NCBI GenBank assembly: GCA_964057225.1
Contig: OZ059897.1
Coordinates: 11,160,001-11,224,000, forward strand
DNA: 64,000 nt
Source: Auanema rhodensis
Lineage: Eukaryota; Animalia; Nematoda
Direction of reading: 5' to 3'
The translations under genes were made by a program, and so were the position numbers. Positions 57,135-64,000 of the stretch are shown piece after piece (positions within the stretch are counted from its first letter, which is position 1; each line of letters opens with the position of its first letter). The notes beneath the pieces are model-generated. The model was not told the origin of the DNA. It searched no databases and saw nothing but the letters and a program-made list of their open reading frames with translations.

Positions 57135-57684
57135 TTGTTTCAATGCGGAAGCTTGTCGAGCCCTTTTGAACTTACTCACAAAAGCTTAACAATTCGCAGT
57201 CATGATGTCTCTGAAATTTATAAAATCCTTTACAAATATCAAAATATGAACAAATTGAAGATTAAAAAGTATATTGAATATTTTTAAAGGATTCTCAGTG
57301 TTGGAAACGCCAGAAATCTCTTCCGATTAAAAACATAAAATCTTCCTCCACATTTCCAAAAATACATAGACATCTTTCACACGATTAAAATATCATTAAA
57401 AAAATCATTAACAATGAGATCCCTGCATCAAAATTGCCTATTCTTAGCAATAAAGTTCATCAGCAGTGCATATACCAATGTAATAACTATTTATAATAAT
57501 TTTCAATCTCAAAAACATTTTAAATTCATACTCTTATATATCGGCAATATCTGGTCAAAGTATAATGTAAAAGACGCTTTATATTTATAATTAAATTCAT
57601 ATTACTTAGGCATCTTTAGTGTTATGTGATCATTATAACACAGATATTTTTCGTGACAAATACAGTGTAAAAAATGAACCTGTT

Positions 57685-58736
57685 TTATTTCAAACTTTCT
57701 ATCAGACTATTAAAATCGTTGTTAATTTCTACGAAATATTTCACAAAGTTTCGACTTGGTTTACAGATAATAGAATGCTTCTTGAACAGCTCTTTTTGTT
57801 TGGAGATCGCTGCATTAGCTTCGTTGAAATCATGGGGTAGACTCCACAATTTAATGCACTTCTTTGCTACTTGAATCCGTAGCTCTTTGCTCGTCTTCCA
57901 GCTTCTGTACCCGTTCAAATATTTGTGTGCCATTTCAGGATCGACACAACTCTTTATCTAAATTACAAAGATCATAATATAAAATGCTAACAATCATACT
58001 TGAAAATCAGCAATGCTCAGTTTCCCATGACCATCAATTCCATAATTCTTCGAGTGGAGATCCTTAAGAAACAGCACTCGCCGCAGCAAGTCCCTTTGAG
58101 CGTATACTTTGCTACTCACATGAATTCCTTCAGTTTCTGCTCGCCGAAAACTAGAAACTAGAACGTAATTGAATTATAAGAAACCAAAACTTTTTCGCAA
58201 GATTTACCTTCATCGGTTCCGATGTAAAGTGCTAAACTAGAATAGTGTTTGTGTGGAATAAAATGAACCTTAGGTCCGACTCCGATCAACTCAAACAACT
58301 TATAAACAAATATTTTACGAATATCTGCTTGTTGCCAATTTGCTAAACCTATATGTTCTTTAACGTAGTACTTTCCAATCAGAATTTCATTCCGCAATAC
58401 TTGAAAAATGAGCCCGCCCTATAGACAATATTGTACAATTATATTTTATATCAAATTTTACCAAAAACTTACCAGGATTCCACCTTCCTCTGATCCATTC
58501 CTTTCACATCTGATTTCGAGGGCTGGGCATTCAGCGTTATCAGCAAAGAAGTTTGAGAAATAAAACTCTGCGGCTATTTCAATGTATTCGAAATTTTTTT
58601 CCATGTAGCGAGAGAAATTTGCATTGAATTGGCAATAAATTTCATCAAATTGATGGTAGGTGACCAGGAATTTAGCTTTCATCAGTGGCATTAGGTGGTT
58701 CAAGGCTTGATCAACTGCTTGTTCAATTTGGGTCAT
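57685..58736 (-). CDS. Kinase-like copy k22, ~301 aa, ADF variant
   Basis: Four exons appear open from the internal Met. Confidence 0.6.
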
Positions 58737-59287
58737 TTGTTTCAATGCGGAAGCTTGTCAAGCCCTTTTGAACTTACTCACAAAAGCTTAACAATTCGCA
58801 GTCATGATGTCTCTGAAATTTATAAAATCCATTACAAATATCAAAATATGAACAAATTGAAGATTAAAAAGTATATTGAATATTTTTAAAGGATTCTCAG
58901 TGTTGGAAACGCCAGAAATCTCTTCCGATTAAAAACATAAAATCTTCCTCCACATTTCCAAAAATACATAGACATCTTTCACACGATTAAAATATCATTA
59001 ACAAAATCATTAACAATGAGATCCCTGCATCAAAATTGCCTATTCTTAGCAATAAAGTTCATCAGCAGTGCATATACCAAGGTAATAACTGGTTATAATA
59101 ATTTTCAATCTCAAAAACATTTTAAATTCATACTCTAATATATCGGCAATATCTGGTCAAAGTATAATGTAAAAGACGCTTTATATTTATAATTAAATTC
59201 ATATTACTTAGGCATCTTTAGTGTTATGTGATCATTATAACACAGATATTTTTCGTGACAAATACAGTGTAAAAAATGAAACCTGTT

Positions 59288-60339
59288 TTATTTCAAACTT
59301 TCTATCAGACTATTAAAATCGTTGTTAATTTCTACGAAATATTTCACAAAGTTTCGACTTGGTTTACAGATAATAGAATGCTTCTTGAACAGCTCTTTTT
59401 GTTTGGAGATCGCTGCATTAGCTTCGTTGAAATCGTGGGGTAGACTCCACAATTTAATGCACTTCTTTGCTACTTGAATCCGTAGCTCTTTGCTCGTCTT
59501 CCAGCTTCTGTACCCGTTCAAATATTTGTGTGCCATTTCAGGATCGACACAACTCTTTATCTAAATTACAAAGATCATAATATAAAATGCTAACAATCAT
59601 ACTTGAAAATCAGCAATGCTCAGTTTCCCATGACCATCAATTCCATAATTCTTAGAGTGGAGATCTTTAAGAAACAGCACTCGCCGCAGCAAGTCCCTTT
59701 GAGCGTATACTTTGCTACTCACATGATATCCTTCAGTTTTTGCTCGCCGAAAACTAGGAACTAGAACGTAATTGAATTATAAGAAACCAAAACTTTTTTG
59801 CAAGATTTACCTTCATCGCTTCCGATGTAAAGTGCTAAACTAGAATAGTGTTTGTGTGGAATAAAATGAACTTTAGGTCCGACTCCGATCAACTCAAACA
59901 ACTTATAAACAAATATTTTACGAATATCTGCTTGTTGCCAATTTGCTAAACCTATATGTTCTTTAACGTAGTACTTTCCAATCAGAATTTCATTCCGCAA
60001 TACTTGACAAATGAGCCCGCACTAAAAACAATATTGTACAAATATATTTTATATCAAATTTTATCGAAAACTTACCAGGATTCCACCTTCCTCTGATCCA
60101 TTCCTTTCACATCTGATTTCGAGGGCTGGGCATTCAGCGTTATCAGCAAAGAAGTTTGAGAAATAAAACTCTGCGGCTATTTCAATGTATTCGAAATTTT
60201 TTTCCATGTAGCGAGAGAAATTTGCATTGAATTGGCAATAAATTTCATCAAATTGATGGTAGGTGACCAGGAATTTAGCTTTCATCAGTGGCATTAGGTG
60301 GTTCAAGGCTTGATCAACTGCTTGTTCAATTTGGGTCAT
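59288..60339 (-). CDS. Kinase-like copy k23, ~301 aa, ADF variant
   Basis: Four exons appear open. Near-duplicate of k20. Confidence 0.6.
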
Positions 60340-61558
60340 TTGTTTCAATGCGGAAGCTTGTCAAGCCCTTTTGAACTTACTCACAAAAGCTTAACAATTC
60401 GCAGTCATGATGTCTCTGAAATTTATAAAATCCATTACAAATATCAAAATATGAACAAATTGAAGATTAAAAAGTATATTGAATATTTTTAAAGGATTCT
60501 CAGTGTTGGAAACGCCAGAAATCTCTTCCGATTAAAAACATAAAATCTTCCTCCACATTTCCAAAAATACATAGACATCTTTCACACGATTAAAATATCA
60601 TTAACAAAATCATTAACAATGAGATCCCTGCATCAAAATTGCCTATTCTTAGCAATAAAGTTCATCAGCAGTGCATATACCAAGGTAATAACTGGTTATA
60701 ATAATTTTCAATCTCAAAAACATTTTAATTTCATACTCTACTATGTTTACATTATCAGGTCAAAGTGTAATGTAAAAGACGCTTTGTATTTATATTCAAA
60801 TTCATATTACTTAGACATCTTTAGTGTTTGTAATCATTATAACACACATATTTTTCGTAACAAATACAGTGTAAAAAATGAAACCTGTTATATTTCAAAC
60901 TTTCTATCAGACTATTAAGATCGTTTTTAATTTCTACAGAATATCTCTCAAAGTTTCGACTTGGTTTACAGATGATAGAATGCTTCTTGAACAGCTCTTT
61001 TTGTTTGGAGATCGCTGCATTAGCTTCGTTGAAATCATGGGGTAGATTCCACAATTTAATGCACTTCTTTGCTACTTGAATCCGTAGCTCTTTGCTCCTC
61101 TTCCAGCTTTTGTACCTGTTCAAATATTTGTGTGCCATTTCAGGATCGACACAACTCTTTATCTAAATTACAAAGATCATAATATAAAATGCTTACAATC
61201 ATACTTGAAGATCAGCAATGCTCAGTTTCCCATGACCATCAATTCCATAATTCTTCGAGTGGAGATCCTTAGGAAACAGCACTCGCCGCAGCAAGTCCCT
61301 TTGAGCGTATACTTTGCTACTCACATGAATTCCTTCAGTTTCTGCTCGCCGAAAACTAGGAACTAGAACGTAAATGAATTATATGAAACCAAAACTTTTT
61401 CGCAAGATTTACCTTCATCGGTTCCGATGTAAAGTGCTAAACTAGAATAGTGTTTGTGTGGAATAAAATGAACCTTAGGTCCGACTCCGATCAACTCAAA
61501 CAACTTATAAACAAATATTTTACGAATATCTGCTTGTTGTCAATTTGCTAAACCTATA

Positions 61559-61587
61559 CAGTCCTGTGCGATGAAGGTTGCACACCC
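61559..61587 (+). repeat. Left TIR of Tc1 (29 bp)
   Basis: Exact reverse complement of 62941-62969. Confidence 0.97.
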
Positions 61588-61800
61588 CGATGTTAGAGGC
61601 CCCAGAAAACCACCTCAAACTACAAAAAAAAATTCGAAAAAATTAATTTGGGTTTCAGGCTGAAGTATCAACATATCGATTAAAATTGAAGTTAAAATGA
61701 TGTAAACTGAATTTTTTAAAAATAATTTAAGTTTAATATTTAAAATATTCATATTTTTGCTTGTTTTGCATAATAAAAAACTAAAATTTATAAATTTAAG

Positions 61801-62820
61801 ATGGCTAGAGGCAAGAAAACTTCTCCTGAAGTAAGATCCATCATAATCAATATGAAGGAGAAGGGCTCAAGCGTTCGGAAAATAGGCGAAATGCTGTCGA
61901 TGCCTCCCAGTACCATTCAAAGAGTATGGAAAGATGCCCAGAAACCATACAAAGTGGATATGAGAGGACGAGAAAGAAAAACCACGACCAATCCAGACAA
62001 TCTGTTGGTTAGGCTGGTCCAGAAGCATCCAGACATCACATCCATGCAGTTGAGCCAACATCTTCAACGTATGTTTAACATTATGCTTCATCCCTCCAAC
62101 GTAAGAAGAAGGCTGTTAGCCAGAAACTTACGGGCCCGTGTTCCTGTGCGAAAGCCGTTGATTTCGGTCAACAACAGGCTCAAGCGTGTTCAGTTTGCAC
62201 AAGAGCATCTGAACTGGACCACTGAAGATTGGTCTTCCGTCATTTTCACTGATGGAAGCAAATTTTGCTTATTTGGAAATGACGGACCTGGATTCGTCAG
62301 AAGGCCACCCAATCAGCGGTACAACCCCAAATACATGCGACCTACGGTCAAGCATGGTGGCGGAAACGTCATGGTTTGGGGTTGTTTCTGTTACTCCGAA
62401 ATTGGGCCACTATTCCGCGTAGAAGGCAGAATGTGTGCAGAAGACTACCAGCACATTCTTCAAGAAGCCTTCATGCCTTTCGCCATCAACAAGTTCGGAA
62501 CGAGGAATCGATTTATCCTGCAGCAAGATAACGATCCCAAGCACACGGCTCGATCGACAACGAAGTTCATGGAAGAGAACCGGCTGAACGTTCTAAATTG
62601 GCCCAGCCAGTCTCCGGATCTCAACCCCATCGAGCATCTTTGGAGAGAATTTGGACGAAGATCTTCAAAATACCCATGTTCTGATAAGTATGAGAAGTTC
62701 AGAGTCCTCCGTACACTCTGGAGGGAGATATCACCGGATCTGCTGAAGAAACTCGTGGAATCGATGCCCAGAAGACTTCAAGCAGTGATTGATAATTTTG
62801 GATATCCAACTAAATATTAA
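61801..62820 (+). CDS. Tc1-like transposase, 339 aa
   Basis: N-terminal HTH region with RGR, then VIFTD, KHGGGNVMVWGCF, QQDNDPKH and WPSQSPDLNPIEHLW (34 residues between D and E), ending in GYPTKY. Intronless open frame. Confidence 0.97.
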   Translation: MARGKKTSPEVRSIIINMKEKGSSVRKIGEMLSMPPSTIQRVWKDAQKPYKVDMRGRERKTTTNPDNLLVRLVQKHPDITSMQLSQHLQRMFNIMLHPSNVRRRLLARNLRARVPVRKPLISVNNRLKRVQFAQEHLNWTTEDWSSVIFTDGSKFCLFGNDGPGFVRRPPNQRYNPKYMRPTVKHGGGNVMVWGCFCYSEIGPLFRVEGRMCAEDYQHILQEAFMPFAINKFGTRNRFILQQDNDPKHTARSTTKFMEENRLNVLNWPSQSPDLNPIEHLWREFGRRSSKYPCSDKYEKFRVLRTLWREISPDLLKKLVESMPRRLQAVIDNFGYPTKY

Positions 62821-62940
62821 TAAACTTGTTTAATTAATTTTTAAAATTTTTTTATTGATTTTGTAGTGGTTTTTAACACCCAAAATATTTTTTTTCGAAT
62901 TTTCTGAAGTTTGATTCAAAAGATACGGGGGGATTCTAGT

Positions 62941-62969
62941 GGGTGTGCAACCTTCATCGCACAGGACTG
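62941..62969 (-). repeat. Right TIR of Tc1 (29 bp)
   Basis: Exact reverse complement of 61559-61587. Confidence 0.97.
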
Positions 62970-63361
62970 TATGTTCTTCAACGTAGTACTTTCCAATCAG
63001 AATTTCATTCCGCAATACTTGACAAATGAGCCCGCACTAAAAACAATATTGTACAATTATATTTTATATCAAATTTTATCGAAAACTTACCAGGATTCCA
63101 CCTTCCTCTGATCCATTCCTTTCACATCTGATGTCGAGGGCTGGGCATTCAGCGTTATCAGCAAAGAAATTTGAGAAATAATACTCTGCGGCTATTTCAA
63201 TGTATTCGAAATTTTTTTCCATGTAGCGAGAGAAATTTGCATTGAATTGGCAATAAATTTCATCAAATTGATGATAGGTGACCAGGAATTTAGCTTTTAT
63301 CAGTGGCATTAGGTGGTTCAAGGCTTGATCAACTGCTTGTTCAATTTGGGTCATTTGTTTC

Positions 63362-63943
63362 AATGCGGAAGCTTGTCAAGCCCTTTTGAACTTACTCACA
63401 AAAGCTTAACAATTCGCAGTCATGATGTCTCTGAAATTTATAAAATCCATTACAAATATCAAAACATGAACAAATTGAAGATTAAAAAGTATATTGAATA
63501 TTTTCAAAGGATTCTCAGTGTTGGAAACGCCAGAAATCTCTTCCGATTAAAAACATAAAATCTTCCTCCACATTACCAAAAATACATAGACATCTTTCAC
63601 ACGATTAAAATATCATTAAAAAAATCATTAACAATGAGATCCCTGCATCAAAAATGCGGAAGCTTGTCAAGCCCTTTTGAACTTACTCACAAAAGCTTAA
63701 CAATTCGCAGTCATGATGTCTCTGAAATTTATAAAATCCATTACAAATATCAAAATATGAACAAATTGAAGATTAAAAAGTATATTGAATATTTTTAAAG
63801 GATTCTTAGTGTTGGAAACGCCAGAAATCTCTTCCGATTAAGAACATAAAATCTACCTCCACATTTCCAAAAATACATAGACATCTTTCACACGATTAAA
63901 ATATCATTAAAACAATCATTAACAATGAGATCCCTGCATCAAA
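63362..63943. repeat. 291-bp tandem duplication of the 5' end/upstream region of the unit
   Basis: AATGCGGAAGCTTGTC occurs at 63362 and again at 63653, directly after CCCTGCATCAAA. Confidence 0.92.
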
Positions 63944-64000
63944 ATTGCCTAATCTTAGCGATAAAGTTCATCAGCAGTGCATATACCAAGGTAATAACTG

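Larger units (their letters stand above)
61559..62969 (+). mobile_element. Tc1-family (ITm, DD34E) DNA transposon, 1411 bp, full length
   Basis: Perfect 29-bp TIRs (CAGTCCTGTGCGATGAAGGTTGCACACCC). TA target duplication at 61557-58 and 62970-71. The empty site is seen in the other units. Confidence 0.98.
60821..63423 (-). pseudogene. Kinase-like copy k24, exon 2 interrupted by Tc1
   Basis: The Tc1 sits in the TA of AACCTATATGTTC within exon 2. TGG>TGA also occurs at ~61540. Confidence 0.8.
23025..64000 (-). repeat. ~1603-bp tandem macrosatellite (~25 units), each unit carrying a kinase-like gene or pseudogene
   Basis: The same ORFs recur every 1601-1604 bp (e.g. 23037, 24641, 26245, 27847). 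Two units are shorter (1479 and 1587 bp) because of deletions. The array continues past the right edge. Confidence 0.98.

Noticed and set aside
23037-60348. The 79-, 82- and 107-aa minus-strand ORFs as separate small genes (e.g. a toxin-antitoxin operon)
   Set aside because: They are exons of one gene. The 79- and 107-aa ORFs start at TTG/GTG and end inside introns, and the splice phases match exactly.
61867-63111. ORFs 61867-62091(-), 62830-63015(-) and 62911-63111(+)
   Set aside because: These are an antisense shadow of the transposase and chimeric read-throughs across the TIR junction.
23575-63558. Recurrent plus-strand ORFs (MVQGLINC..., MRSLHQNC..., MCHFRIDT...)
   Set aside because: They are short antisense shadows or AT-rich chance ORFs with no motifs, often broken. 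They recur only because the unit is repeated.
23025-64000. rDNA, 5S/SL1, snRNA or histone tandem repeat, or a Helitron/LTR-derived unit
   Set aside because: No recognisable RNA-gene, histone, Rep/helicase or RT sequence. The unit is accounted for by the four-exon gene plus ~480 bp of intergenic DNA.

Overview
AT-rich eukaryotic repeat DNA, probably from a nematode (42-54 nt GT-AG introns, TTTCAG acceptor, Tc1 element). It has three parts. (1) 1-22594: about 80 copies of a 281-bp satellite with 279-bp and 228-bp variants and higher-order structure. (2) 22597-23025: a ~430-bp inverted piece of that satellite, forming a long inverted repeat. (3) 23025-64000: a ~1603-bp macrosatellite of about 25 units, one interrupted by an intact-ORF DD34E Tc1 transposon (61559-62969). 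Each 1.6-kb unit hides a four-exon minus-strand gene. Splicing joins three short ORFs from the track plus one unlisted exon into a 301-324 aa atypical protein-kinase-like protein (YYVK, DLHSKN, IAD[F/L]). By eye about 13 copies are open from an internal Met, 12 are disrupted, and one (48069-49189) is open from the first ATG. Each unit also carries a ~106-bp box up to ~86% identical to part of the neighbouring satellite. The truncated first copy points into the satellite inverted repeat. The ampliconic kinase array is read from the sequence; a linked satellite/hairpin silencing system is inference. All alignments were done manually.
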